Shown: piece after piece, positions 46,708-64,000 of the stretch
Layout: each line of letters starts with the position of its first letter
Position numbering within the stretch: position 1 is the first letter of the stretch
DNA from: the human T2T-CHM13v2.0 reference genome, Homo sapiens
Strand: one strand, 5' to 3'
Assembly: GCF_009914755.1 (NCBI RefSeq)
Contig: NC_060948.1
DNA length: 64,000 bases
Translations under genes and position numbers: made by a program
Notes under the pieces: model-generated
Told to the model about the DNA's origin: nothing
The model's input: the letters and a program-made list of their open reading frames with translations, nothing else
The model's database searches: none

Positions 46708-47610
46708 GGAGGAGCCAAGATGGCCAAATAGGAACAGCTCCTATCTACAGCTCCCAGCCTGAGCGACGCAGAAGATGGGTGATTCCTGCATTTCCATCTG
46801 AGGTATCAGGTTCATCTCACTAGGGAGTGCCAGACAGTGGGCACAGGTCAGTGAGTGCACGCTCCGTGCGTGAGCAGAAGCAGGGTGAGGCATTGCCTTA
46901 CTCCGGAAGTGCAAGGGGTCAGGGAGTACCCTTTCCTAGTCAAAGAAAGGGGTGACGGACGGCACCTGGAAAATCGGGTCACTGCCACCCAAATACTGCG
47001 CTTTTCCGACGGGCTTAAAAACCAGCACACCACGAGATTATATCCCGCACCTGGCTTGGAGGGTCCTACCCCATGGAGTCTCACTGATTGCTAGCACAGC
47101 AGTCTGAGATCAAACGGCAAGGTGGCAGTGAGGCTGGGGGAGGGGAGCCCGCCATTGCCCAGGCTTGCTTAGGTAAACAAAGCAGCTGGGAAACTCGAAC
47201 TGGGTGGAGCCCACCACAGCTCAAGGAGGCCTGCGTGTCTCTGTAGGCTCCACCTCTGGGGGCAGGGCACAGACAAACAAAAAGACAGCAGTAAACTCTG
47301 CAGACTTAAATGTCCCTGTCAGACAGCTTTGAAGACAGCAGTGGTTCTCCCAGTACGCAGCTGGAGATCTGAGAATGGGCAGACTGCCTCCTCAAGTGGG
47401 TCCCTGACCCCTGACCCCTGAGCAGCCTAATTGGGAGGCACCCCCCAGAAGGGGAACACTGATACCTCACACTGCAGGGTACTCCAACAGACCTGCAGCT
47501 GAGGGTCCTGTCTGTTAGAAGGAAAACTAACAAACAGAAAGGACATCCACACCAAAAACCCATCTGTACATCACTATCATCAAAGACCAAAAGTGGATAA
47601 AACCACAAAG

Positions 47611-48627
47611 ATGGGGAAAAAACAGAACAAAAAAACTGGAAACTCTAAAAAGCACAGCACCTCTCCTCCTCCAAAGGAATGCAGCTCCTCACCAGCAATG
47701 GAACAAAGCTGGATGGAGAATGACTTTGACGAGCTGAGAGAAGAAGGCTTCAGACGATCAAATTACTCTGAGCTATGGGAGGACATTCAAACCAAAGGCA
47801 AAGAAGTTGAAAACATTGAAAAAAATTTAGAAGAATGTATAACTAGAATAATCAATACAGAGAAGTGCTTAAAGGAGCTGATGGAGCTGAAAACCAAGGC
47901 TCAAGAACTACATGAAGAATGCAGAAGCCTCAGGAGCCGATGCGATCAACTGGAAGAAAGGGTATCAGCAATGGAAGATGAAATGAATGAAATGAAGTGA
48001 GAAGGAAAGTTTAGAGAAAAAAGAATAAAAAGAAACAAGCAAAGCCTCCAAGAAATATGGGACTATGTGAAAAGACCAAATCTACGCCTGATTGGTGTAC
48101 CTGAAAGTGATGTGGAGAATGGAACCAAGTTGGAAAACACTCTGCAGGATATTATCCAGGAGAACTTCCCCAATCTAGCAAGGCAGGCCAACGTTCAGAT
48201 TCAGGAAATACAGAGAACACCACAAAGATACTCCTCGAGAAGAGCAACTCCAAGACACTTAATTGTCAGATTCACCAAAGTTGAAATGAAGGAAAAAATG
48301 TTAAGGGCAGCCAGAGAGAAAGGTCGGGTTACCCTCAAAGGGAAGCCCATCAGACTGACAGCGGATCTCTCGGCAGAAACCCTACAAGCCAGAAGAGAGT
48401 GGGGGCCAATATTCAACATTTTTAAAGAAAAGAATTTTCAACCCAGAATTTCATATCCAGCCAAACTAAGCTTCATAAGTGAAGGAGAAATTAAATACTT
48501 TACAGACAAGCAAATGCTGAGAGATTTTGTCACCACCAGGCCTGCCCTAAAAGAGCTCCTGAAGGAAGCGCTAAACATGGAAACGAACAACCAGTACCAG
48601 CTGCTGCAAAATCATGCCAAAATGTAA
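47611..48627 (+). pseudogene. L1 ORF1p with one premature stop
   Basis: MGKKQNKK...HAKM in one frame; TGA at 47998-48000 (likely CGA>TGA). Confidence 0.92.
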
Positions 48628-48690
48628 AGACCATCAAGACTAGGAAGAAACTGCATCAACTAACGAGCAAAAGAACCAGCTAACATCATA

Positions 48691-52530
<3,840 letters not shown>

Positions 52531-53559
52531 ATGAGATCACATGGACACAGGAAGGGGAACATCACACTCTGGGGACTGTTGTGGTGTGGGCGGAGGGGGG
52601 AGGGATAACATTGGGAGATATACCTAATGCTAGATTACGAGTTAATGGGTGCAGCGCACCAGCACGGCACATGTATACATATGTAACTAACCTGCACAAT
52701 GTGCACATGTACCCTAAAACTTAAAGTATAATAGTAAAAAAAAGAAAAAAAAAAAGAAATTAATCCACGTTTCCTATAATAAAATATTGGTTAAACAATT
52801 TAAAAAAAAAGAAAAAAGGTCAACAATTTGGAAAACATATGTGAGTAAAATTTTTCTTAACCTTCCCAGAAAGATAGATAATCCAGATACAAGTAATCCA
52901 GAGAATGTCTGTCAGACACTATACCAAATGAATACCACTAGGGCATATAGTAGGTGGTCTAAGATCAATGCTACAGAAAAAAAATCTTGAAGCCATATAT
53001 AGAAAAACCTAATATCATATAAAAATGGAACCCTATCAAGCTATCAGTTCACTTCTCAATAGAAAAACTACAAGCCGGAAGAAATAGGGGGGGGGCCTAT
53101 TTTCAGAATTCTTAAAGCAAAGAAACTTCAGCCAATAGTCTCACACCCTGCCACTAAGCTCTATAAGTGATGGAGAAATAAAATGTTTTTCAGACAAGCA
53201 ATTGCTAAGAAAATTTATTATCACTAAACAGCCTTACAAGAATTCCTTAAGGGATTTCTAGACATAGAGACAAATAAATAATATCTGCTAGCACAAGCCA
53301 ACAAGAAGATACATATTCTAATACAATGCAAACTACAAAACAACCAGCCAACTTCAGTATAGGATCAATATCTCAACATTAACCTTGAAAGTAAATTCAA
53401 TATTCATAATATTACAATATGACTGTATATTGAAAATATTTTTTGAGAAGAAATTCAAGGTGGCTACAGAAATTTGCATAAATAGCTAAATGTTATCAGT
53501 ATTCATTTCAATATTATATCAATAAATATATTTTTTATTTTAATATTGTCATTTAAAAA

Positions 53560-56500
53560 AATTATACTTTAAGGTCTGGGGTACATGTGCAGAATGCGCA
53601 GGTTTGTTACAGAGGTATACACGTGCCATGGTGGACCCATCAACCTATCATCTACATTAGATATTTCTCCTAATGCTATCCCTGCCCTTGCCGCGCATCC
53701 CCCAACAGGCCTCAGTGAGTGATGTTCCCCTCCCTGTGTCTATGTGTTCATATGGTTCAACTCCCACTTATGAGTGAGAACATGTGGGATATGGTTTTCT
53801 GTTCTTGTTGGTTTGCTGAGAATGATGGTTTCCAGCATCATCTGTGTCCCAGCAAAGGACGTGAACTCATCCTTTTTTCCTGGCTGCGTAGTCTTCCATG
53901 GTATATGTGTACCACATTTTCTTTATCTAGTCTATCGTTGATGGGCGTTTGGGTTGGTTCCATGACTTTGTTATTGTGAACAGTGCTGCAGTAAACATGC
54001 ATGTGCATGTGTCTTTATAGTAGAATGATTTATAATCCTTTGGGTATATACCCAGTAATGGAATTGCTGGGTCAAATAATATTTCTAGTTCTAGATCCCT
54101 GAGGAATTGCCACACTGTCTTCCACAATGGTTGAACTAATTTATACTCCCAACAAGGGTGTAAAAGCATTTCTATTTCTCCACATCCTCTCCAGCATCTG
54201 TTGTTTCCTCACTTTTTAATGAGTGCCATTCTAACTGGTATCTCACAATGAGATAGTATCTCATTGTGGTTTTGATTTGCATTTCTCTAATGACCAGTAA
54301 TGATGAGCTTTTTTTCATATATTTGTTGGCTGCATAAATGTCTTATTTTGAGAAGTGTCTGTTCATAGGGTTTGCCCACTTTTTGAGGGGGTTGTTTTTT
54401 TCTTATAAATCTGTTTAAGTTCTTTGTAGATTTGGATATTAGCCCTTTGTCAGATGGATAGATTGCAAAATTTTTCTCCCATTCTGCAGGTTGCATGTTC
54501 ACTCTGATAATAGTTTCTCTTGCTGTGCAGAAGCTCTTTAGTTCAATCAGATCCCATTTGTCTATTTTGGCTTTTGTTGCCATTGTTTGGGTGTTTTAGT
54601 CATGATGTCTTTGCCCATGCCAATATTGTGAATGGTGTTGCCTAGGTTTTCTTTTAGGGTTTTTACAGTTTTAGGCCTTACGCTTAAGTCATTAATCCAT
54701 CTTTAGTTAATTTTTGAATAAAGTGTAAGGCAGGGATTCAGTTTCAGCTTTCTGCATGTGGCTAGCCAGTTTTCCCAACACCATTTTTAAATAGGAAATC
54801 CTTTCCCTGTTGCTTGATTTCATCAGGTTTGTTAAGGATCAGATGGTTTTATATGTGTGGCTTTATATCTGAGGCCTCTGTTCTGTTCCATCAGTCTATA
54901 TATCTGTTTTAGTACCCATACCATGGTGTTTTTGTTATTGTAACTTTGTAGTATAGTTTGAAGTCAGGTAGTGTGATGCCTCCAGCTTTGTTCTTTCTGC
55001 TTAGTATTGTCTTGGCTATGCAGGCTCTTTATTGATTCCATATGCAATTTAGAGTAGATTTTTTCCAATTCTGCAAAGAAAACCAATGGTAGCTTGATTG
55101 AGATATGAAATTTATAAATTACCTTGGGCAGTATGGCCATTTTCACGATATTGATTCTTCTTACCCATGAGCATGAAATGTTTTTCCATTTCTTTCTGTC
55201 CTCTCTTATTTCCTTGCGCAGTGGTTTGTAGTTCACCTTGAAGAGGTCCTTCACATCCCTTGTAAGTTGTATTCCCAGGTTATATATTCTTTTTGTGGCA
55301 ATTGTGAATGGGAGTTCACTCATGATTTGACTCTCTGTTTTTCTGTTATTGGTGTATAGGAATGCTTGTGATTTTTGCACATGGATTTTGTATGAACTTG
55401 CTTATCAGCTTAAGGATATTTTGTGCTGAGACATTGGGGTTTTCTAAATATACAATCATGTCATCTCTAAGCAGAGACAATTTGACTTCCTCTTTTCCTA
55501 CTTGAATACCCTTTATTTCTTTCTCTTGCCTGATTGCCCTGGCCAGGGCTTCCAATACTATGTTAAATAGGAGTGGTGAGAGAGGGCATCCTTGTCTTGT
55601 GCCAGTTTTCAAAGGGAATGTTTCCAGGTTTTGCCCATTCAATATGATATTGGCTGTGGGTTTGTCATAAATAACTCTTATTCTTTTGAGGTACATTCCC
55701 TCAAGGCTTAGTTTATTGAGAGTTTTTAGTGTCAAGGGCTGTTGAATTTTGTGAAAGTCCTTTCTGCATCCATTGAGATAATCATGTGGTTTATGTCATT
55801 GGTTCTGTTTATGTGATGGATTATGTTTATTGATTTACATGTGTTGAACCAGCCTTGCATCCCAGGGATGAAGCTGACTTGATTGTGATGGATAAGCTTT
55901 TTGATGTGCTGCTAGATTCACTTTGCCAGTATTTTATTGAGGATTTTCACATCAATGTTCTTCAGGGATATTTGCCTGAAATTTTCTGTTTTTTATTGTG
56001 TTTCTGCCAGGTTTTGGTATCAGGATGATGCTGGCCTCATAAAATGAGGTAGGTAGGATTTCCTCACTTTCTATTTTTTGGAATAGATTCAGAAGGAATG
56101 GTACCAGCTCCTCTTTGTTCCTCTAGCAGAATTCAGCTGTGAATCTGTCTGCTCCTGGGCTTGTTTTGGTTGGCAGGCTATTAATTTCTGCCTCAATTTC
56201 AGAGCCTGTTATTGGTCTATTCAGGGATTTGACTTCTTTCTGGTTTAGTCTAGGCAGGGTGTATGTGTACATGAATTTATCCATTTCTTCTAGATTTTCT
56301 AGTTTATTTGCACAGAGATGTTTATAGTATTCTCTGGTGGTAGTTTGTATTTCTGTGGGATTGGAGCTGATATCCCCTTTATCATTTTTTATTGTATCTA
56401 TTTGATTCTTCTTCTCTTTTTTTCTTTATTAGTCTGGGTAGTGGTCTTTCTATTTTGTTAAAGTTTATAAAAAGCAGCTCCTGGATTCATCCATTTTTTG

Positions 56501-59500
56501 AAGGGTTTTTTGTCTCTGTCTCCTTCTGTTCTGCTCTGATCTTAGTTATTTCTTGTCTTCTGCTTGCTTTTGAATTTGTTTGCTCTTGCTTCTCTAGTTC
56601 TTTTAACTGTGATATTAGGGTGTTGATTTTAGATCTTTTCTGCTTTCTCTAGCGGGCATTTAGTGCTATAAAATTTCCCTCTTAACACTTCTTTAGCTGT
56701 GTCCCAGAGATTCTGGTACATTGTGTCTTTGTTCTCATTGGTTTTAAAGAACATCTTTATTTCTGCCTCCATTTCATTATTTAATCAGTAGTCATTCAGG
56801 AGCAGGTTCAGCTTCCATGTAGTGGTGGAGTTTTGAGAGAGTTTCTTGATCCTGAGTTCTAATTTGATTGCACTGTGGTCTGAGAAATTGTTTGTTGTAA
56901 TTTCCATTATTTTGCATTTGCTGAGGAGTGTTTTACTTTCAGTTATGTGGTCAATTTTAGAATAACTGGGATGTGGTGCTGAGAACAATATATATTCTGT
57001 TGATTTGGGGTGGAGAGTTCTATAGATATCTAGTGGGTCCACTAGGTCTAGAGCTGAGTTCAAATCCTGAATATCCTTGTTAATTTTCTGTCTCGTTGAT
57101 CTTTCTAATGTTGCCAGTGGGGTGTTACAGTCTCCCACTATTATTGTGTGGGAGTCTAAGTCTGTTTGTAGGTCTGTAAGAACTTGCTTCATGAATCTGG
57201 GTACTCCTGTATTTTGTGCATATATATTTAGGATAGTTAGCTCTTCTTGTTGCATTGATCTTTTTACCATTATATAGTGCACTTCTTTGTCTCTTTTGAC
57301 CTTTATTGGTTTAAAGTCTGTTTTATCAGAGACTAGAATTGCAACCACTCCATTTTTTTTTTTTTTGCTTGCCATTTGCTTGCTAAATCTTCCTCCATCC
57401 CTTTAGCCTATGTGTCTTTGCATGTGAGTTGGGTCTCCTGAATACAGTACACCAATGGGTCTTGACTCTTCATCCAATTTGCCAGTCTGTGTCTTTTAAT
57501 TGTGTCATTTAGCCCATTTACATTTAAGGTTAATATTGTTATGTGAGAACTTGATCCTGTCTTTATGACGTTAGCTGGTTATTTTGCTCATTAGTTTATG
57601 CAGTTTCTTCATAGTGTCAATCGCCTTGGCAATTTGGTATGTTTTTGCAGTGGCTGGTACAAGTTGTTCCTTTCCATGTTTAGTGCTTCCTTCAGGAGCT
57701 CTTGTAGGGCAGGGCTGGTGGTGACAAAATCTCTCAGCATTTTCTCATCTGTAAGGGATTTTATTTCTCCTTTGCTTATGAAGATTAGTTTGGTTGGATA
57801 TGAAATTCTGGGTTGAAAATTCTTTTCTGTAAGAATGTTGAATATCGGTCCCCACTCTCTTCTGGCTCATAAGGTTCTCTGCTGAGAAATTCGCTGTTAG
57901 TCTGATGGGGTTCCCTTTGTGGGTAACCTGACCTTTCTCTCTGGTTACCTTTAACATTTTTTCCCTCGATTTCAACCTTGGTGAATCTGATGATTATATG
58001 TCTTGAGGTTGCTCTTCTGGAGGAGTATCTTTGTGGTGTTGTCTGTATTTCCTGAATTTCAATGTTGGCCTGTCTTGGTAGGTTGGGGAACTTCTCCTGG
58101 ATAATATCCTAAAAAGTATTTTCCAGCTTGGTTCTATTTTTCCTGTCACTTTCAGGTACACCAATCAAATGTAGATGTAGTCTTTTCACATAGTCCTATA
58201 CTTCTTGGAGGCTTTCCTCATATCTTTCCACTCTTTTTTCTCTAATCTTGTTTTCCTATTGCATTTCATTTGGTTGATCTTCAATCTCATATATCCTTTC
58301 TTCCACTTAATCGACTCAGCTATGATACTTGTGTATGCTTCATGAAGTTCTTGTGCTGTGTTTTTCAGCTCCATCAGGTTATTTGTATTCTTCTCTAAAC
58401 CAGTTATTCTAGTTAGCAATTCATGTAACCTTTTTTTCAAGGTTCTTAGCTTCCTTGCACTGGGTTAGGACATGCTCCTTTAGCTCAGAGGCGTCTGTTA
58501 TTACCCACCTTCTGAAGCCTACTTCTGTCAATTCATCAAAGTCATTCTCCACCCCATTTTGGACCTTGCTGGTGAGGAGTTGTGACCCTTTGTAGGAGAA
58601 TAGGCATTCTGAATTTTCAGCGTTTTAGTGCTGGTTTCTCTCCATCTTCATGGATTTATCTACCTTTTGTCTTTAAAGTTGCTTACCTTCAGATGGGGTT
58701 TCTCAGTGGATGTCCTTTTTGTTGATGTTGCTACTATTCCTTTCTGTCTGTTAGTTTTCCTTCTAACAGTCAGGCCCCTCTGCTGTAGGTCTGCTAGAGT
58801 TTGCTGGAGGTCTGCCCCAGAACCTGTTTGCCTGGGTGTCACTGGCAGAGGCTGCAGAACAGCAAATATTGCTGCTTGCTTCTTCCTCTTGAAGCTTTGT
58901 CCCGGAAGGGCACCCACGAGATGCCAGCCAGAGCTCTCCTATATGAGGTGTCTGTCACCACCTACTAGGAGGTGTCACCTTGTCAGGATAAATGGGCATC
59001 ATGGACCCACTTGAGGAGGCAATCTATCCCTTATAGGAGCTCGAATGGCTGTGCTGCTAGATCTGGTGCTCTCTTCAGAGCTCTTAGGTAGGGTCATTTA
59101 AGTCTGCTGAAGCTGCGCTTAAAACCAACCCTTCCCCAAGGTGCTCTGTCCCAGGGAAGAGAAGGGCGGTGGGGGTTATATCTATAAGTCCCTAATGTGG
59201 CTGCTGCCTTTTTTTCACATGATGCCCTGCACAGAGAGGAGACAGTCTGGCCACTGTGGCCTTGCTGAATTGGGGTGGGTTCCACCCAGTTTGAAATTCC
59301 TGGTGACTTTGTTTACACTGTGAGGGTGAAACTGCCTACTTAAGCCTCATAGATGGATGATGCCCCTCCCCACACAATGTTCAAGCTTGGACTGCTGTTG
59401 TGCTGGCAGCAAGGATTTCAATCCAGTGGATCTTAGGCTGTTGGGCTCCATTGGGGTGGGACCTGCCGAGCTAGACTACTTGGCTCCCTGGCTTCAGCCC

Positions 59501-59968
59501 CCCTTGCAGGGGAGTGAAAGGTTCTGTCTTGCTGGCATTCCAGGCACTGATGGGGTATGAAAAAAAAAACTCCAGAACTAGCTTGATATCTCCCCAAATT
59601 GTCACCCAGTTTTGTGCTGGAAACCCAGGGACCTGGTGATATAGGCACTGAAAGGAATCTTCTGGTCTGCAGGTTCTGAAGACTATGGGGAAAGTGCAGT
59701 ATCTGGGCCAGAGTGCATGGTACAGTCCCTAATGGCTTCCCTTGGCTGGGAGAGGGAGTTCCCTGATCCCTTGTGCTTCCTGGGTGAGGTGACTTCCCAC
59801 CCTGCTTTGGCTCTCCCTGCTTGGGCTGCACCCACTGTCCAACCAGTCCTAGTGAGATGAACCAAGTACCTCAGCTGGAAATGCAGAAATTACCCACCTT
59901 CTGCATTGATCTCACTGGGAGCTGCAGACTGGAGATGTTTCTATTCGGTCATCTTGCCAGCAACCGCC
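53560..59968 (-). mobile_element. Full-length L1PA7-like element, ORFs disrupted
   Basis: 5' ctggcaagatgaccgaatag at ~59960, ORF1/ORF2 fragments, 3' UTR at ~53560; TSD-like TATTATATCAA at 53512-53522 and 59969-59979. Confidence 0.93.
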
Positions 59969-60599
59969 TATTATATCAAGACTGACCTGGAATGTAAATT
60001 ATCTTAATGTCACAGTTAAAAGGCACAAAGTGCCTAGTTGGATTAATAACACAAGACCTATTCACCTGCTATCTTCAAAAGAGCCATCTCACATGTAAAA
60101 TACCTATACACTAAAGGTAAAGGAATGGAGAGAGATCTATCATGCAAATGGAAAACAAAAGGCAGGGGTCACTCATCTTACAAGAGATAAAATAGACTTT
60201 AAGCCAACAACAGTAAAAAAGGACAAAGATGGGCACTAAATAATAATAAAGGGCTCAATCCAACAAGATGCCTTACTCATCCTAAATGTACACTGACACA
60301 ATATTGGAGCACCCAAATTTATTTAAAAAGTATGTCCTAACGTACAAAAGACTTAGGCACACAATGATAATGGGGGACTTCAACAGCCCACCAAAGTCTT
60401 AGACAGATCCTCAAGGTAGAAAACTAACAAATCTTAACCTTAAATAAAACACTTGTACATGATAGACATCTACAGGACACCTCCGCCATAAACAACAAGA
60501 TATACATTCTTTTCATTTGCAAATGAAACGTACTTAAAATTGGCCACACACTTGGCAATAAAGGAGGGCTCACTTCATTAAAAAAATAAAAATTATACC

Positions 60600-60975
60600 T
60601 GTATTAGTCTGTTCTCATGCTACTAATAAAGACATACCTGAGACTAAATAATTTATAAAGGAAAGATGTTTAATTGACTCACAGTTCTGCATGGCTGGGG
60701 AGGCCTCAGGAAACTTGTAATCAAGGCAGAAGAGGAAGCAAGCATTTTCTTCTTTACATGACAGCAGGAAGATAAGCATGAGAGCTGAGTGAAGGGGGAA
60801 GCCCCTGGTAAAACCATCAGATCTCATAAGAACTTAGTCACTATCACAAGAGTAGCATGGGGGAAACTGCCCCCATGATTCAATTACCTTCATCATGTCC
60901 CTCCCACCACATATGGGGATTATGGGAACTACGATTCAAGATGAGATTTGGGTAGGGACACAGCCAAACCATAAC
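60600..60975 (-). mobile_element. THE1C/D-like solo LTR
   Basis: tgtattagtctgttctcatgct...gggacacagccaaaccata; inserted in L1 EN sequence. Confidence 0.9.
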
Positions 60976-61269
60976 TATGCCAAACATAGTTTTGACAATA
61001 GTAAAAATAGGAGTCAATAGCATGAAGACCCTTCAAAACCATATAATTACATGGATATTAAACAACGTTCTACTGAAGGGCTTTTGGATTAAAAAATGCA
61101 GAAATCAAATAATTCTTTGAAATAAAACAGAAACACAGAATACTAAAATCACTGGAATTCAGTTGAAGCAGTGTTAAGAGGACACTTGTCTACATTGAGT
61201 TTGGAGGAGGAATCAGGCAAGATGGCTGACTAGATGCAACCACGTGAAATGGCTGCCTGATACCGGAAC

Positions 61270-61547
61270 CTCTGGTGTGAGGTAACTGAATCACAGGGGG
61301 CAGTTTCCCCTATGCTATTCTTATGATAATGAGTTCTCATAAGATCTGACAGTTTTATTTGGTGGCTTCCCCATTTGCTCAGCTCTCATACTTCTTTTGT
61401 TGCTGCCATGTGAAGAAGGACGTGTTTGCTTCCCCTTCTGCAATGATTGTAAGATTACTGAGGCTTCCTCAACCATGCTGAACTGTGAGTCAATTAAACC
61501 TTTTTCTTTTATAAATTATCCAAGCTGAGGTATGTCTTTATTAGCAT
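61270..61547 (+). mobile_element. THE1 LTR fragment lacking both termini
   Basis: gaggtaactgaatcacagggggcag...gaactgtgagtcaattaaacc...gtatgtctttattagca. Confidence 0.85.
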
Positions 61548-63519
61548 TCAAGCACTCAACATTCAAATTCAGGAAACTCAGGTTCACTCCTAAAAGATCT
61601 TCAGAGGGAAGGCACCGAGAGGGGACAGAGGGAAGACACAAAACCTAGTCTGAAAGGGAAAGAACCTGGAAACCCTGTATGGGGCTACCAGTATCCTGAA
61701 AGGAAGAGACCTCTTGACCACTACAGATACTTGAGTTGGCATGGTGAACCGCTTACAGAAGTGGCAGGAACAGTATTCTTCCCCATGCAGAGCCCAGAGG
61801 GTTTTCAGCAGAAACATCTGTAGTGAAGCCCAGCCACAGATGACCATTCCCTCAGGCTCAACTTGTTCCCACAGGAGACTTTAGCCCTGGGGGAACTGTC
61901 AGGGCTGACCTCTGCAGGGAGCTCATGTCTATCAGATAGGGCTGGGTCTGATTTAACCTCCTTGATTTGATGGCCTCTCAGGCCCACAGCCTGGGAATGA
62001 CTGCTTGCAGTGCAGCCCCAGGTGTCCTGGGGACCCATACCATAACTCCTGTGCTAGTGGACCATGCCTGACCAGTGGAGAGCTCCAGTGGGGGCAGCCT
62101 TCATTGTCAAGCACCAACCCACTGTGTCCCTTCCCCAACTGTAGCTTCCCCCAAACCCATGGCAACTCGCCACATCACTTTGCTAGCACATGTGTATGTG
62201 GGTAGGTTTTGCCTTCCCTGCTCATCCAATATGCATGTGTGAAATTCTCCATGCCATGCATCTGCTGCCCTGGCCCCACCATACCAGCATAGCAGTTGGA
62301 ACCCTGGTAGGCTCAAAGCTTGCCAGTCCCCTTACCTGTGCCCTGCTCCTGTGTTAAGACTGCCACCATAGTGAACTGGGCAGAAGAATAGTGTACAATT
62401 TCCTACCCTGAGCAGCTGCAGGCCTGTACTTGCCAGTGTGCCACCCCCATACTAACACCACCAAAAGTGTGACTGTGTACAGTCATCAATGATGGCTGCC
62501 TCACCTTTAGCCATGCCATCTCCCATACTGCTGTGAACACCTGCACAGAGGCAGGGAACTTGGCACCTGTTAGCATCCTGCCATAGCTGAAAAGTATGCA
62601 CATTACCATTCTGCCACTATGCCTGCTGCTGGCATGTGCAAACAAGGATGGGTCCTGCTGCCATTGCCCTGAAAAGTGCTTTGGCTGACATCACCCATTG
62701 GAGTGTAGTAACCAGTGGTCCAAGAGAACCTGAGCCTTCTAACCTACAACAAAGAACAGTGAATTTCTAAACTCAAGGAATCAGAGAATAAGTTTAGGGC
62801 AATACAAGCCACCCAGAATAGATCATGCAGCCCAAAAGTTGGGAGCTGAACCTTGGCTCCCTAAAAACCTTCAGAAAAGAAGCCAGTCAAGTGAACCCAC
62901 CTTATACCACAGTAAAAACCTCAAGTCATCAAACAGGATGAAAGGAAAAAAACTCCATACAAAAGAGAGCAATTGCAAAGATTGAAGGAACATCAGTCCA
63001 CAAAGATGATAAGGAATCAGCACAAGCACTCCAACAACAGAAAAAGCCAGAGTGCCTGCCTTCCTCCAAATGACTTCACTAGCTTTCTAACAAGGGTTTT
63101 GAACTGAGTTGAGTTGGCTGAAATGACATAATTCAGAATATGGATAAGGATGATGATTATTAATGTGCAGGAGAACATTGAAATGCAGTCCAAGAAAGCT
63201 AAGAGTTACAATAAAACAATACAGGAGCTGACAGACAAAATGACCAGTGTAGAGAAGACTGTAACCAACCTGAGGGGGCTGAAAAACACAAGAATTTCAT
63301 AATAAACTCAAAAGTATTAATAGCTGAACAGACCAAGCTGAGAAAAGAATCTCAGAGCTTGAAGACTGGCTTTCTGAAATAGGACAAACAGAAATAGAGA
63401 AAAAAGAATGAAAAGAATAAAGAAAACCTCCAAGAAATATGGGATTAGGTAAACAGACCAAATTTATGACTCCTTCATATCTCTGAAAGAGATGGAATGG
63501 AAGAATGGAAGTAACTTAG

Positions 63520-63787
<268 letters not shown>

Positions 63788-64000
63788 TCAACAATGTTTT
63801 TAAAAAAAGAAATTTTAACAAACAATTTCATATTCAGCCAAACTAAGTTCCATAAGAGAAGGAGAAATAAGCTCCTTTTTAGACAAGAAAATTCTGAAGA
63901 AATTTATTACCACCAGGCCTGTCTTACACAAGAGATCCTGAAAAAACACTAAATGTGGGAAGAAAATATTATTGCCAGCCACTACTAAAGCACACTTCAG

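Noticed and set aside
47081-47155. Intact L1 ORF0
   Set aside because: Antisense MAGSPPPASLPPC... ends at TGA after 24 codons.

Overview
Primate (human-like) Y-chromosome DNA. Positions ~1-2650 hold the 5' end of UTY (KDM6C, Y homologue of KDM6A/UTX) on the minus strand: coding exon 1 (2354-2203), a 196-nt intron, exon 2 (2006-1943) and the start of intron 2, all within a CpG-island promoter. The ~60 kb upstream is gene-free and made almost entirely of nested retroelements: four (near) full-length L1PA/L1PB copies, several older L1M/L1PA fragments, solo LTRs (MER4A-, LTR15/LTR4-, LTR2B-, MER41B-, MER67- and THE1-like), an MST-type MaLR provirus and about 16 Alus. Nearly all ORFs in the track are L1/Alu remnants or their antisense shadows. 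I see no new protein-coding system. The most interesting signals are: apparent sequence exchange between adjacent inverted full-length L1s, two candidate L1 3' transductions, an Alu target-site duplication that doubled a STAT/BCL6 motif in MER41B, and translational/splicing features of the UTY leader. Repeat subfamily names and consensus comparisons are from recall, not computed; repeat boundaries are approximate unless a TSD is cited.
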